From: a virus
Lineage: Duplodnaviria > Caudoviricetes
Strand: one strand, 5' to 3'
Length of the DNA: 64,000 nt
Virus record (IMG/VR): IMGVR_UViG_3300020577_011395
Location: 65,046 to 129,045 of that record
Shown here: piece by piece, positions 19,177-30,658 of the stretch
Layout of the letters: every line of letters starts with the position of its first letter
Position numbering within the stretch: position 1 is the first letter of the stretch
Translations under genes and position numbers: made by a program
Notes under the pieces: generated by a model
The model's database searches: none
What the model was told of the DNA's origin: nothing
What the model saw: only the letters and a program-made list of their open reading frames with translations

Positions 19177-20979
19177 ATGACAGCAAAAAAAATAATTCCG
19201 ATTAAATATACTTCAAGAGATTTTGCATCTATTAAAGCAGAACTTGTTGAATATGCAAAAAAATATTATCCTGATACTTTCAAAGATTTTAGTGAAGCTG
19301 GTTTTGGCGCTTTAATGCTTGATAGTGTCGCTTATGTTGGAGATATTCTTTCATTCTATACTGACTATAATGCCAATGAAGGGCATATAAAAACATCAAT
19401 AGAGTTTGATAATATTTTAAAACATGGCTATAAGTTAGGGTTTAAATATAGTCCGTTCCCTTCGTCTTCTGGATTTGTTTCTATCTATTGTTTAGTACCA
19501 GCAAATGCCTCTGGATTCGGCCCTAATTTATCTTATGCTCCAATAATTAAAAGAGGAACTACTTTTTCTGCTGGATCTAATTTATTCACTTTAACAAACA
19601 ATGTAAATATGGCTAATACTGATTTTTCTGTCAGAGTCGCAACCACTGACCCAGATACTGGAGTCCCTACTTACTACGCTATTAAAGGTTTTGGTACTGT
19701 CATTTCTGGTATAAACAAGACACAAATAACCACTGTTGGCGACTTCAAGCGTTTTAGAAAAATAGAAATTAATGATATAAATGTAGCGGAGATAGTCTCC
19801 ATAGTAGACGCTGAAGGCAACGAATATTTTGAAGTAGATTATCTTTCACAAAATATAAGTTATAAGGAGATACCGAATACATCATCAGATTTCTCACAAG
19901 TATCTAATATTCTTGTTCCATTCGCAACACCAAGAAGATTTATATTAGAAAGAGAAAAAAATAGAGCTATAGTTGTTTTTGGAGCATCGGATTCTGTAGA
20001 AGTAGAGAATGATCAAATGCTAGAAGATCCGAATAGATTTGTTATGCAAATGCATGGCAAAAGACATATAACAGATATGTCTTTTGATCCAAATAAATTA
20101 ATTAATAGCGATAAATTTGGTATTGGTCCATCAAACACTAGATTAACAATAACTTATAGAGTCAATACCACTGAGAATGTCAACGCTTCTGCATCTTCAA
20201 TTAATAATGTCTCTAAATTAGTAGCAGAATTTCAGAAAGAGTCTACGCTGAATGTTGCGGACGTAGAAGATGTAAAATCTAGCATAATCGTAGAAAATGA
20301 AGATCCAATCAATGGATACGTTAGAACACCAGACGCCGCAGAGTTGAAAATAAGAATTCTAGATAATTTTGCTACTCAAAATAGAGCAGTTACTGAAAAA
20401 GATTATGAAGCGCTGTGTTATTCTATGCCTTCTAAATTTGGTGCCATAAAAAGAATAAAAGCAACAAAAGATCAAGATTCATTTAAGAGAAACTTAAATT
20501 TATACGTTATTTCTGAAGATAAAAACGGATATTTAACAGAAGCAACTATAAGCCTGAAGAACAATTTAAAAACTTGGATTGAAAAAAATAAAGTTGTATC
20601 TGACACAATAGATATACTTGATGCTAAAATAGTAAATCTTTCAATAGATTTCGTTGCAGTCGGCCTTCCTGGAAAATCCAAATATGAAGTTCAAGAAAAT
20701 GCTTTAACCGCTTTACGAGAATATTTTTCTAGAACTCCAAGCATTGGAGAGCCATTTATGATCAACGATGTACTTTCTGTTCTAAAGAGAGTTAGTACCG
20801 TTTTAGATGTTAAAGAAGTAACAGTAAAAACAAAAAGGGGCAGTAATTATGCCAGAACTCCAATAAATATAAACTCTAGCACAAACAACTCAGCATATGA
20901 CAATACTATAAACGTGCCACTAAACGTTATATGGGAAATAAAATATCCTGATGCTGATATCCGTGGAACAATAATCTAA
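19177..20979 (+). CDS. Baseplate wedge subunit, T4 gp6/baseplate J-like
   Basis: YTSRDF..IK..L, DFSEAG.G..MLD..AYVGD.LSFY.D, TQNRAVT..DY. Confidence 0.88.
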   Translation: MTAKKIIPIKYTSRDFASIKAELVEYAKKYYPDTFKDFSEAGFGALMLDSVAYVGDILSFYTDYNANEGHIKTSIEFDNILKHGYKLGFKYSPFPSSSGFVSIYCLVPANASGFGPNLSYAPIIKRGTTFSAGSNLFTLTNNVNMANTDFSVRVATTDPDTGVPTYYAIKGFGTVISGINKTQITTVGDFKRFRKIEINDINVAEIVSIVDAEGNEYFEVDYLSQNISYKEIPNTSSDFSQVSNILVPFATPRRFILEREKNRAIVVFGASDSVEVENDQMLEDPNRFVMQMHGKRHITDMSFDPNKLINSDKFGIGPSNTRLTITYRVNTTENVNASASSINNVSKLVAEFQKESTLNVADVEDVKSSIIVENEDPINGYVRTPDAAELKIRILDNFATQNRAVTEKDYEALCYSMPSKFGAIKRIKATKDQDSFKRNLNLYVISEDKNGYLTEATISLKNNLKTWIEKNKVVSDTIDILDAKIVNLSIDFVAVGLPGKSKYEVQENALTALREYFSRTPSIGEPFMINDVLSVLKRVSTVLDVKEVTVKTKRGSNYARTPININSSTNNSAYDNTINVPLNVIWEIKYPDADIRGTII

Positions 20980-22412
20980 TGCCTATTAAAAAATATGTAG
21001 CAGAAAAAGACACTACTATAGCAAATGCATATAAATATGATTTAAGGACTCGTTCAACAGATGCAAATATGGGCGCCTCCGATTCTTTGGAAGTTTTCTC
21101 TATTTATGGACAAGCATCTTCTGCTTCACTAGAAACTTCTAGAATACTGGTACAATTTCCTATAGATACATTAGTGTCGGATAGAGCCGCATCTAAAATA
21201 CCAGCCTCTGGAAGTGTTAATTTCGTATTACGAATGTACAATGTTGCACATCCATACACAACACCAAAAGACTATAAAGCAATTATAAGTGTTGTTAGCC
21301 AATCCTGGGATGAAGGTTACGGACTGGATATGGAAGGGTATACAGATAAAGGTTGGTCAACTGCTGGTAGTGATGGTGGGTCTGGTTGCACTTGGATTTA
21401 TGCACAAGATGGAGTTTTATGGGCTTCTACTGGATCTGCGTATTTAACTGGCTCTCAAAATGAGTTAACTTATAGTTTTACATCTGGTCTTGAGGATATC
21501 GAGTTAGACATCACTAACATAGTAGAAAGGTGGGCAGCATCTTCTTTAGCCAATAATGGTTTGCTGATAAGACTTTCAAGTAGTTATGAAGATGGGTCAC
21601 AACAAAGAAGTTTCTACACTAAGAAATTTTCTGCAAGAGGTAGTGAATATTTTTTCAAGAGACCAAGTATAGAAGCAAGGTGGGAATCTGTTATAAACGA
21701 TGATAGAATCAATTTCTTTGCATCAAGTAGCGCATTTGAGGCTTCTGATAATATAATGAATTTGTACTTTTATAACAAACCAAAAGGAACGCTAAAAAAT
21801 GTTGTTGGTGGTGTTACACCAGGGATTAAATTTTATTCAAATAGTGCTTTAACCACAGAAATATCTTCTGGTTACGCAGTTGTGACTAATCCAAGTACTG
21901 GTGTCTACAAGGCACAAGTCGCAGTTGATACAACCGCTAGTGTGTTATATGATAAATGGTATAATACTGGTTCAAATGCTGTTTATTTCTCAGGATCTTT
22001 GGATGTTTACCAGCCGACAAATTATGATTTTGACAGAAAACAAGAATATGTTGTAAACATTACTAATCTTAAGGTATCATATGGTAGCAATGAAAATGCT
22101 AGATTTAAAATCTTTGTAAGAGATTATGACTGGAGTCCAACAATCTATACTGTTTCTAATAATATTGTTGAAAATACTACATTAAATAATTTATATTATA
22201 AAATTTTTAGATTTAGTGATAATTATGTAGTAGTAGATTACTCTACGGGTTCTCTAGCATACACCAAAACATCGTATGATTCCAACGGAAACTATTTTGA
22301 TTTTGATATGTCATCGCTACAAAGCGGCTTTACTTATGCCATAAAATTAGCGACCTATCAAAATTCAGAGCTAAAAGAGCTTAAAAATACTTTCAAATTT
22401 AAGGTTGAGTGA
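20979..22412 (+). CDS. Virion protein with a DNRLRE/disaggregatase-like beta-sandwich domain
   Basis: AEKDTTI, SRILVQF, SQSWDEG.G, DITNIV..W, NNGLLIRL pattern. Confidence 0.6.
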   Translation: MPIKKYVAEKDTTIANAYKYDLRTRSTDANMGASDSLEVFSIYGQASSASLETSRILVQFPIDTLVSDRAASKIPASGSVNFVLRMYNVAHPYTTPKDYKAIISVVSQSWDEGYGLDMEGYTDKGWSTAGSDGGSGCTWIYAQDGVLWASTGSAYLTGSQNELTYSFTSGLEDIELDITNIVERWAASSLANNGLLIRLSSSYEDGSQQRSFYTKKFSARGSEYFFKRPSIEARWESVINDDRINFFASSSAFEASDNIMNLYFYNKPKGTLKNVVGGVTPGIKFYSNSALTTEISSGYAVVTNPSTGVYKAQVAVDTTASVLYDKWYNTGSNAVYFSGSLDVYQPTNYDFDRKQEYVVNITNLKVSYGSNENARFKIFVRDYDWSPTIYTVSNNIVENTTLNNLYYKIFRFSDNYVVVDYSTGSLAYTKTSYDSNGNYFDFDMSSLQSGFTYAIKLATYQNSELKELKNTFKFKVE

Positions 22413-25400
22413 AAATGTCAATAAAAAATCTGTTTAACAGTCACGAAAAGTTTGTAAGCGGAAATCCAGAAAAAACTTCAGATGAAGTAGAATCAAAAGA
22501 TTTTATAGTTTCTAAAAATAAGCAAACAAATGAATATCTACCAAACGTAGATCTTTCAGACCCTAAGAATTTTGCTCATTTTGGTCTTGCAGAAGAATAC
22601 TATGATACCGCGTTCTCACATATTGCTAATACATTTCCTTATGACGGGTCAGAAAAAGAAGTTATAAATTGGAATAATAATCTTACCTACTTAGAAAAGT
22701 ATTTATTTAATAACCAATATCCTAAAACAAGCGGTTTTATAACTCTGAACACAGATTCTTATAGTAGTTTTACTACTATTACTGGCTCTGGCTTGAAGAT
22801 TCTTTCAAGTTCTGCTTCTCAATTTGTTAAATCGCTTTCTGGCCCCAATACTTCGTCTTTTAGTTATAAAAATGGCAATATATATGATGTTGCAAAAGAC
22901 AGAATATCAAATTTTGCTGTAACGCCAGTTTCTGGAAACACAGTCGAACTATGGTTTAAATTAAATTCCAATTTATCTGCTTCGGTATTGTCAGGAACCT
23001 TTGCTTTATTCGATCTATGGAATTCTAGTACAGTAACAAGCTCAACAGACTATACAAGATTTTTTATAGATGTAACCCCAACAACAGGAAAATTAGCCGT
23101 TACCTATAAAGTCGGAACAACTGGTGTTCAAAGGGCGGAATTTACATATAGTTCTTCTGAACTAACTACTTGGCATCACTATGCAGTTTCAGTACAAAAT
23201 ACTGGTTCTTCACTAGAAGTCAAGATGTATATTGATGGAGCGCTGTTATCATCAAGCGTGACGGGAACTTCTTGTACGGAAGCGAATAACAGAGGTAGTG
23301 TTGTTAACATTGGTGCTTATCGTTATACACCACAAGAAGGCCAATCTGCTTTTGAAGCAATAAGAAATCTTGGTGCTGTCCCAGGTAGCATCGATGAGTT
23401 TAGATTCTGGAAAAATGTAAAAACACAAAAAGATATTGCTCGTTACAGATTTGATCGTATATACGGCGGCACAAATACTGATGATGCGAATACAGATCTT
23501 GGAGTGTATTACCGCTTCAATGAAGGTATTTTAGATACTTCTTCTGTCGACTTAAAAGATGCAGTTGTTCTGGATAGTGCTGGTAGATCTACAAACGGCG
23601 CTATTATAAACTATGCACTTGGTGTTAGATCAACTGGATCTGCAATCGATCAAACATCTAATTTCGACCATTCCGAGCCAAAAGATCCAATTATTTATGC
23701 TCAGAACCCAAGTGTTCTAGCGAAAATGCTAGAGCTAAGAACAAGTGGATCCGCTTGGGATGAAGAAAATAGTAATTCAATTTACAGATCTTTGCCAGAA
23801 TGGATAACAACTGAAGATACTGAAATAGCAACAGAACAGCTAAAGAAATTAACACAAATAATTGCTAGCTATTTTGATAAACTATATCTACAGATAAAAG
23901 GTCTTCCAAACCTAAAATTTGCTGAGTATATCGAAGGTGATGGTAAGGCTGTGCCTTTTGCTAATTCCATTTTAGATTCTGATGGTATCGGGTCGCCAGA
24001 TATTTTTGTTGATGCTAAAATTTTGGAAGAGCTGAAAGACCGCGATGAAGACAGAAATTATGAAGAGAAACTAGGTAATTTAAAAAACCTTATATACAAA
24101 AATATTTACAACAATTTGTCATATATCTACAAGACAAAAGGCACAGAAAAATCTTTTAGAAACCTAATACGCTCATTTGGTATAGACGAAGAATTAGTAA
24201 AGTTAAATATTTACGCAAATAACACTCAATTTGCTTTAGAAAATAATAAAAAATCTATTACTACTAGAAAGAAAGTAATCAACCTTTCAACACCAGAAAC
24301 GTATTATAGCAATATCTTCAACAGCACAACTTCACCAGATGGTTCCTCATCTTACTCATTGGTTCAAGCAACTATTGGTGCAGCTTTATCACCAGTGCCG
24401 TATTATTTAGTGCCTCATACTTTTGAAACAGAAATTTATTTCCCTAAGAAAGTAGAATTTGGAGATCCTTCGTATTCTGTTCCAGAAGAAACTTCAATTT
24501 CTTTGTTTGGTGCGTATGCTGCCGTAAATCCAAGCGATTTAACAGACTACACCTCAGATATTGCACCTTCAAGTTATAATTTTGAAGCATATTTAGTTAA
24601 AAATCATAAAGACGATAGAGGCGGTTACTTTAAATTTAATTGTATTACTACTGGAGAAGAATTAACTTCTTCATATTACTCAGATATTTATGAGGGAGAA
24701 AAGTGGAACTTCGCAGTTAGACTAAAAAGCCCATATGAAAATTTAGACGGTCTGCTAAACAACGCAACTGTTTTTTCTACAACACCAACAAGCGGCAGCT
24801 TTAATATAGAATTCTATGCCGTAAATACAGTAGAAGGTGTCATAAAAAATGAGCTTATTTTAACAAGTTCTGCTTTGACTATTTCTCAGGTTCAAACAAT
24901 TGCTGGCAATGGTAAGAGATTTTATGTTGGTGCCCGTAGAACAAACTTTACTGGTTCACTTCTAAACAACACAGATATCTTAGTATCAAATGCCAGATTC
25001 TGGCTCGATTATCTAGATAACGATGAAATAAAAGAACACGCAAAAGACTCTACAAATTTTGGCCTTAAGAATCCACTTGCTAAACCATACCAAAATCTTG
25101 GTGATAAGGTAGAAAGAAAAAACCTATTAGTTTTCAATTGGGATTTTGATGAAGTAACTGGCTCTAATTCTTCTGGTTATGTCGATATTAAAGACAACAA
25201 GGGAGCGGTAGAATCTGTAAGCAACAATTTTCAGTACAATATTAATAGATTGTATCCTGCAAGAGTGGGCAATACAACTGCAGATAATAACAATATAGTA
25301 AAAAAACATTATCAATTATCTTCAAGGCAAGTATTACCAGAAAATCTATACTCTTCTGACACGGTTAATATAACTGGTGAAAGTGATTACGCCTTCACAA

Positions 25401-28400
25401 AAGAAAGCAGACCGGTAAGTTTGTTTTGGTCTTTCGAAAAGAGTATGTACCAGACTATTTCAGAAGAAATTTTGAATATGTTTGCTGGTATAATTGACTT
25501 TAATAATACCATTGGTGATCCAGTCAATAGATATCGTGATGAATATAGAGATCTTAACGCACTAAGATCTAAATTCTTTAATAAAGTTCAGAATACACCG
25601 TCGTTAGAACTATATGTTGATTATTACAAATGGATTGACAGTTCACTTGGCACAATGCTTCAGCAACTAGTTCCTGCTGGATCTGCATTTTCAGACGGTT
25701 TAAAGACTATGGTAGAAGACCACGCAGCTTCTAGGTCTAAGTATGCTTGGAATTTGCCAATGGTCAAGAAGCAAGAAATTAAATATGGCCAAATTAAAGG
25801 TATAAAAGAATTAAAATACAATTGGAAGACGGGACATGCGCCAGAAGACTTAACTTCTTTTAATGAAGCATCAAGTTCTTTATGGTTTAAAGAAAGAGCT
25901 GAAAGAGAAGGCTCTGCCGTAATTGTTTCAGCTGGTCCAGCCGCCGATTCCAATAAACAAACCATTTTAAATTCTGCTTTAAACGATACAAATAAGCCAC
26001 GTTATAAATTGTACGACACAAGAACTTCTGCAATTTATGATAGAACCGCCTATTATGATAGAAGGTTAGCAAGAGTCGTTGATATATCATCATCTAAACC
26101 CGTCAATCCATCCGATAACATTGAATTGTATTCTACAAAAAATATTATGAATACAACTTCAAGTGTTACTGAGCTACGTCCATTCTTATCAGGTAGTTCT
26201 GATTCTAGAGAGTCTCTATATACACAACCACAAGCAAATTACTCAAAAGGTTATAATGTGGTTCAAGCGCACGGCAGAGAAACAAACAATAAATACTTTG
26301 TAGAAGTTGAAGGCGTCTTGCCAGTAAGTGCGAGCAGCGCTTTAGTCTCTGGAATGGTCGATTATAGGCTCGCTGATAGGCCAAGAAACGAAACAGTCAT
26401 CGCAAATAGGTTCTCATCGCCAGGTGGTCCAGAATCACTTTCTAGAGGCGCTATGGACAGAGAATCTGAATCTTTCTCTGTATACAATACTGTCAACTAC
26501 AGAAACTTAATAGTTAGAAAATCTCTGAAAACATGGTTAGCTGAATCTTCTTCTAATGAAGCAACATATCCATCTCTTCACAAAGTAAACAAAAATCATT
26601 TAAGATCTGCGTTACGAGATGTTTATGACAATTCATTCGTGTCACATCAAATTCCTAGAAAAGAAACTGGTTATGCTTGGATAGCAAATTCTGTAACAAG
26701 CTCAATAACTGGTAGTGGACCATATTCATCTATGTATCCTAACTTAGATATAGGTGTATTGCCATTTTTAACAAGCTCTATCTCTGACAGCAGGCTTATA
26801 AACTTTAGTAGAATTAACAATTCTACAGTAACTGCAAGTTATGATACTGCTTCTTTGCTAACTTCATTTACAAGTGGCTCTGATTATGATTTGCACACTT
26901 ATCTATTAAACCAAAATGGACCGTTCAGCCACCCATCTTGGAAGCAAACAAGAAATACAGATAATGCTTTAGTGCGTTTGATGAGAAATAACAACAAGTT
27001 TATAACTCAAACAACAAAACTAAATAGAGTTTTCAGAGCAGTCCCAAACAACACACCAAATAAACTTGGTATCGGACAAGGCGTTCGCTTACCATCACAT
27101 ATAGAAGCAGTTACAGTAACAACACCTTACATTGAGCCACCTGTTCAATGGAATGTTCCTATGGTTATTGGTGTTTCTCTTGAATCTTCTTTGGGTGCGA
27201 TCAAAGGAAAAGTATCAACAACAATAAAAACAGATTATTCTAATAATATTGATAATATTGCAAATAACGATTTTAGAAAAGAGATCAACCCTCCAGAAAC
27301 CGATAGAGAAGAATTGGCTTACTCTAAGATGCGTAATCTTATGAATTCTACTATTGATGATCCAGACGAACCAAAATTAGTTAATTTAACTTTTTCACAA
27401 GTTGTGTTTCCAAGAAAAGAGAAACAAGGTCTTGGAATCATTCGTAATAGACCAGATTATGCAGAAGTTGCTGGTACTGGTTCCAATGGATATGACAGAA
27501 ATATAGCAACTATCCGTAGTTTCTGGAAGAGCGATATTAGAAATAGAGTAAGAACTAATTCTGGTGGTAGTGTTACTGGATCGATAAACTCATTAAATAT
27601 GGCATATGTTACAGGGACTACATCTGTGATTTCTTTCTCGGGAACTTTTTTGGATATAACTCAGTATTGGAACCCAACTGGATCGATAGTTTATTCGGCT
27701 TCTATTGCACAGAGTAATCCGACATTGTGGCCATTAGATAGCATACAAGAAAACTATGCATTTTCTGGTTCTTCTACTAGTGCTTCTTTAATTTATTCTA
27801 GCAGCTACTTTGGAGAGCTGGCTCCTTACAAGACTTATGAAAAAGTTTTGTTAAATTTACAACCAAGTGGTCAATATTCATCTCAAACTTTAAAAGATTT
27901 TATTGGGTCAAATACGACTATTTATAAATTTACTTATAATAATAATTCTTTTAGAATTGCACCACGCCCTCAATTTGTATTTTGTGATTCTCCTTACGCA
28001 TCTGGAAGATTTACAGCCACTATCAATCATATTGATGCTCTACCATATAAAACTGACTTATTATCAAATAATAAGCCTTGGTTTAACTCTTATGAAGATT
28101 TTTCTACAGATATTAGGCCAGTCAGCAATGGGTTTACTTTAATTCCAGAATTTAGAATTTCTAATTTTATGGATTATTATATAAAAGAAAATAATGGAGA
28201 TTTCCAAAATCTTACACCAGCACAATATCTTACTTTAGATGGTGGGAGTTTTGATGAAAATTCATTGTTAAATGGTTTTAATTCAACTGATAATTTTAAT
28301 AAATTTATATTTAAAGACTTTTCTACAAATAAAGTTAATAAAGTTAAAGTTAAGGTTAATATAATTAAAAAATTATTACCATATAAAGGATTTTACCCAC

Positions 28401-30655
28401 AAGAAAGAAGTGTGCAAGTTGTTGATTCTTTTAGAAGTTCTTTTTTTGATTTAACACCAGAACAGATACTGACTGGCACTTTTACTACTTCTCCATCAAC
28501 AGTTTCTGGCGCTACGCCGTTAGACCAACAAATAGCAACAATTATACAGCCTTATTTTGCTCCTGGAGTCTTATTTAACAGCTTAAAAGCTGGTTTGGCT
28601 TTGCATTTTCCTATTTTAATCACCGGTAGCTTAACATCTAGCAATAATGAGTACAGTTCTTCTATTAGTGGTGATGTACCATCTTATTTCTTGTGTGCTA
28701 ATAATACTAGAAAATTGTTAGATACAACCATGATTCAACCAAATATAGATATTGGCAGCAGTACAAATTTACCTTTATTTAATTATAATTTTCCATTTGA
28801 ATCTATGTTAAGTATTAATGATTCAATACCCGCTGAATTTAAAAATAGTAATTCTAATAATAAATTATGGCTTACAAATTATAGATATATGGCAGCAGAT
28901 GTTATTTCTGGTTCGCAAAGAGAACAGATAAGATTTCCTAATTTTTCTTTATTAGACAATACTTCTGATATAAACAAAGATTGGACAGAAAAAAATTCAA
29001 TTTATAGATTAAGTATAAATAATTTTATTTCTGAAATACCAGATTTCTTTTTGAGGGGCGGAACTTTAAATAATTTTATTTCTAAACCACAAAAAGATTT
29101 TCAATCTGTTATTAGTGGAACAACATATTATATGGATGTTTTTCTTGACAAAGATAAAGATTATAAAAACTTTTTAATTCTTGACCCAACTAGTAGTAAC
29201 ACAGAAGCATCGAATAATCACACAAACGATTTATTTTTATATTCTCCATTAATGCATTCAATAGGAGAAGGGGTGTCTACCCGCATTAATGCTTCGGCCG
29301 AAGAATCTCTTTTTGCTCCTCCTTATTCTCTTGGAAAAAGCAAAGTAAGACTAAGTTATCAAGCTAGTATAACAGGACTAATTTCTTTGACTGAAATATT
29401 AGATAATATAAGGCAAGATAATATACATCCACTTTATTATTATAATTCAAATTATAATAAATATTATATGCCACTTTCTGCAAGCATTAATTTATTCCAA
29501 AAAACAAATTTAAATAATGTTACTTACAATGAGTTCGGTGCGCCAATAACAGTTAATCAACAATCTGATAGTTCTTTGGACGTATGGTCAATACAAACCA
29601 AATTTGAATCGCCAGTATTAAATTTCAATACAAGTTTAAATCAAGATATTTTGACTTCATCAATGACTGAACTATCTGCGGCTGCTGGATCTTCCGCTAT
29701 TGGCAGATACCAAAATGTTATAGGACTTTGGTCTGGTTATGGATCAATTCCTGCAAAGAATAAAGGAGTTGTTTTTGGAATAGAAGAATCCTTCAATAAG
29801 AGAGGAGCTTTATCTGGAACAGGTTCTTTAATTGAACTATGCGGCTTCGAAGCCGGCGTAAAAGATATAGGTGCTATCGCTTCTACAAAAGAAATTAGTG
29901 AAGCAATTGTAATGATCCCATATGTTGAAAAGGGCTATGAAAACTTGTTAGATAATGATAAAGCCAAAAACATCTTAGGAATTCCAGGAGAAGAAGGCGT
30001 AACACAATCTAATAGAAGGAATGGACCATTCTATTTCAATATTGATAAAAATAGCATAGATAAATTATTAAATTCACAGTTTGATTTTGCATCAGTTGAT
30101 CAAATAAAGAAATTAATAAGAAGACCAAATCTTGATAAAAATAATTCAATAGTAAGATGTATAAAAAGTATGACCGAATACAATATACCACCGCACTTAG
30201 ATTGGGTTACAAATAAAAATATTGATCCTTTCGTTATGTATGTTATCGAGTTCAAGCATGAATTAGATCAACAAGATTTGTCAGATATTTGGCAGGGAGT
30301 AATGCCAAAAATTGCGAGAAACGCTCAGTTGGATTCACAAGAATTTGAACATCCGCTAGCAGAGAATGAATTCTTCCACGGCAAAGAGCTACCAGAAGGG
30401 ATAAGATTTAAGATGTTTAAGGTTAAAAAGAAAGCAAAAATGAGCTATTACGATCTAACTGATGATAGCAGTGATGATACAAGATTTAGATTTGATTTCG
30501 CTAATCAAAAAACAACACCAGATTATTCATACAACTGGCCATATGACTTCTTCTCGCTCGTAGAGATGGTAAAGGTTGAAGTGGCAGCAAAAATCGGTGA
30601 TGATTTTAATGATGTTCCAGCTGGCGATCAAAGTCTAAAATTAACAAAGGGATAA
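22409..30655 (+). CDS. Giant (2748 aa) baseplate/tail protein with a LamG/concanavalin-like domain
   Basis: TVELWFK..WHHYAVS..MYIDG..GSIDEFRFW LamG pattern; IYKTKGTEKS.R.L...FG resembles the gp7/P2-I-like KGT motif; S/T rich. Confidence 0.72.
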   Translation: MKMSIKNLFNSHEKFVSGNPEKTSDEVESKDFIVSKNKQTNEYLPNVDLSDPKNFAHFGLAEEYYDTAFSHIANTFPYDGSEKEVINWNNNLTYLEKYLFNNQYPKTSGFITLNTDSYSSFTTITGSGLKILSSSASQFVKSLSGPNTSSFSYKNGNIYDVAKDRISNFAVTPVSGNTVELWFKLNSNLSASVLSGTFALFDLWNSSTVTSSTDYTRFFIDVTPTTGKLAVTYKVGTTGVQRAEFTYSSSELTTWHHYAVSVQNTGSSLEVKMYIDGALLSSSVTGTSCTEANNRGSVVNIGAYRYTPQEGQSAFEAIRNLGAVPGSIDEFRFWKNVKTQKDIARYRFDRIYGGTNTDDANTDLGVYYRFNEGILDTSSVDLKDAVVLDSAGRSTNGAIINYALGVRSTGSAIDQTSNFDHSEPKDPIIYAQNPSVLAKMLELRTSGSAWDEENSNSIYRSLPEWITTEDTEIATEQLKKLTQIIASYFDKLYLQIKGLPNLKFAEYIEGDGKAVPFANSILDSDGIGSPDIFVDAKILEELKDRDEDRNYEEKLGNLKNLIYKNIYNNLSYIYKTKGTEKSFRNLIRSFGIDEELVKLNIYANNTQFALENNKKSITTRKKVINLSTPETYYSNIFNSTTSPDGSSSYSLVQATIGAALSPVPYYLVPHTFETEIYFPKKVEFGDPSYSVPEETSISLFGAYAAVNPSDLTDYTSDIAPSSYNFEAYLVKNHKDDRGGYFKFNCITTGEELTSSYYSDIYEGEKWNFAVRLKSPYENLDGLLNNATVFSTTPTSGSFNIEFYAVNTVEGVIKNELILTSSALTISQVQTIAGNGKRFYVGARRTNFTGSLLNNTDILVSNARFWLDYLDNDEIKEHAKDSTNFGLKNPLAKPYQNLGDKVERKNLLVFNWDFDEVTGSNSSGYVDIKDNKGAVESVSNNFQYNINRLYPARVGNTTADNNNIVKKHYQLSSRQVLPENLYSSDTVNITGESDYAFTKESRPVSLFWSFEKSMYQTISEEILNMFAGIIDFNNTIGDPVNRYRDEYRDLNALRSKFFNKVQNTPSLELYVDYYKWIDSSLGTMLQQLVPAGSAFSDGLKTMVEDHAASRSKYAWNLPMVKKQEIKYGQIKGIKELKYNWKTGHAPEDLTSFNEASSSLWFKERAEREGSAVIVSAGPAADSNKQTILNSALNDTNKPRYKLYDTRTSAIYDRTAYYDRRLARVVDISSSKPVNPSDNIELYSTKNIMNTTSSVTELRPFLSGSSDSRESLYTQPQANYSKGYNVVQAHGRETNNKYFVEVEGVLPVSASSALVSGMVDYRLADRPRNETVIANRFSSPGGPESLSRGAMDRESESFSVYNTVNYRNLIVRKSLKTWLAESSSNEATYPSLHKVNKNHLRSALRDVYDNSFVSHQIPRKETGYAWIANSVTSSITGSGPYSSMYPNLDIGVLPFLTSSISDSRLINFSRINNSTVTASYDTASLLTSFTSGSDYDLHTYLLNQNGPFSHPSWKQTRNTDNALVRLMRNNNKFITQTTKLNRVFRAVPNNTPNKLGIGQGVRLPSHIEAVTVTTPYIEPPVQWNVPMVIGVSLESSLGAIKGKVSTTIKTDYSNNIDNIANNDFRKEINPPETDREELAYSKMRNLMNSTIDDPDEPKLVNLTFSQVVFPRKEKQGLGIIRNRPDYAEVAGTGSNGYDRNIATIRSFWKSDIRNRVRTNSGGSVTGSINSLNMAYVTGTTSVISFSGTFLDITQYWNPTGSIVYSASIAQSNPTLWPLDSIQENYAFSGSSTSASLIYSSSYFGELAPYKTYEKVLLNLQPSGQYSSQTLKDFIGSNTTIYKFTYNNNSFRIAPRPQFVFCDSPYASGRFTATINHIDALPYKTDLLSNNKPWFNSYEDFSTDIRPVSNGFTLIPEFRISNFMDYYIKENNGDFQNLTPAQYLTLDGGSFDENSLLNGFNSTDNFNKFIFKDFSTNKVNKVKVKVNIIKKLLPYKGFYPQERSVQVVDSFRSSFFDLTPEQILTGTFTTSPSTVSGATPLDQQIATIIQPYFAPGVLFNSLKAGLALHFPILITGSLTSSNNEYSSSISGDVPSYFLCANNTRKLLDTTMIQPNIDIGSSTNLPLFNYNFPFESMLSINDSIPAEFKNSNSNNKLWLTNYRYMAADVISGSQREQIRFPNFSLLDNTSDINKDWTEKNSIYRLSINNFISEIPDFFLRGGTLNNFISKPQKDFQSVISGTTYYMDVFLDKDKDYKNFLILDPTSSNTEASNNHTNDLFLYSPLMHSIGEGVSTRINASAEESLFAPPYSLGKSKVRLSYQASITGLISLTEILDNIRQDNIHPLYYYNSNYNKYYMPLSASINLFQKTNLNNVTYNEFGAPITVNQQSDSSLDVWSIQTKFESPVLNFNTSLNQDILTSSMTELSAAAGSSAIGRYQNVIGLWSGYGSIPAKNKGVVFGIEESFNKRGALSGTGSLIELCGFEAGVKDIGAIASTKEISEAIVMIPYVEKGYENLLDNDKAKNILGIPGEEGVTQSNRRNGPFYFNIDKNSIDKLLNSQFDFASVDQIKKLIRRPNLDKNNSIVRCIKSMTEYNIPPHLDWVTNKNIDPFVMYVIEFKHELDQQDLSDIWQGVMPKIARNAQLDSQEFEHPLAENEFFHGKELPEGIRFKMFKVKKKAKMSYYDLTDDSSDDTRFRFDFANQKTTPDYSYNWPYDFFSLVEMVKVEVAAKIGDDFNDVPAGDQSLKLTKG

Positions 30656-30658
30656 CAA

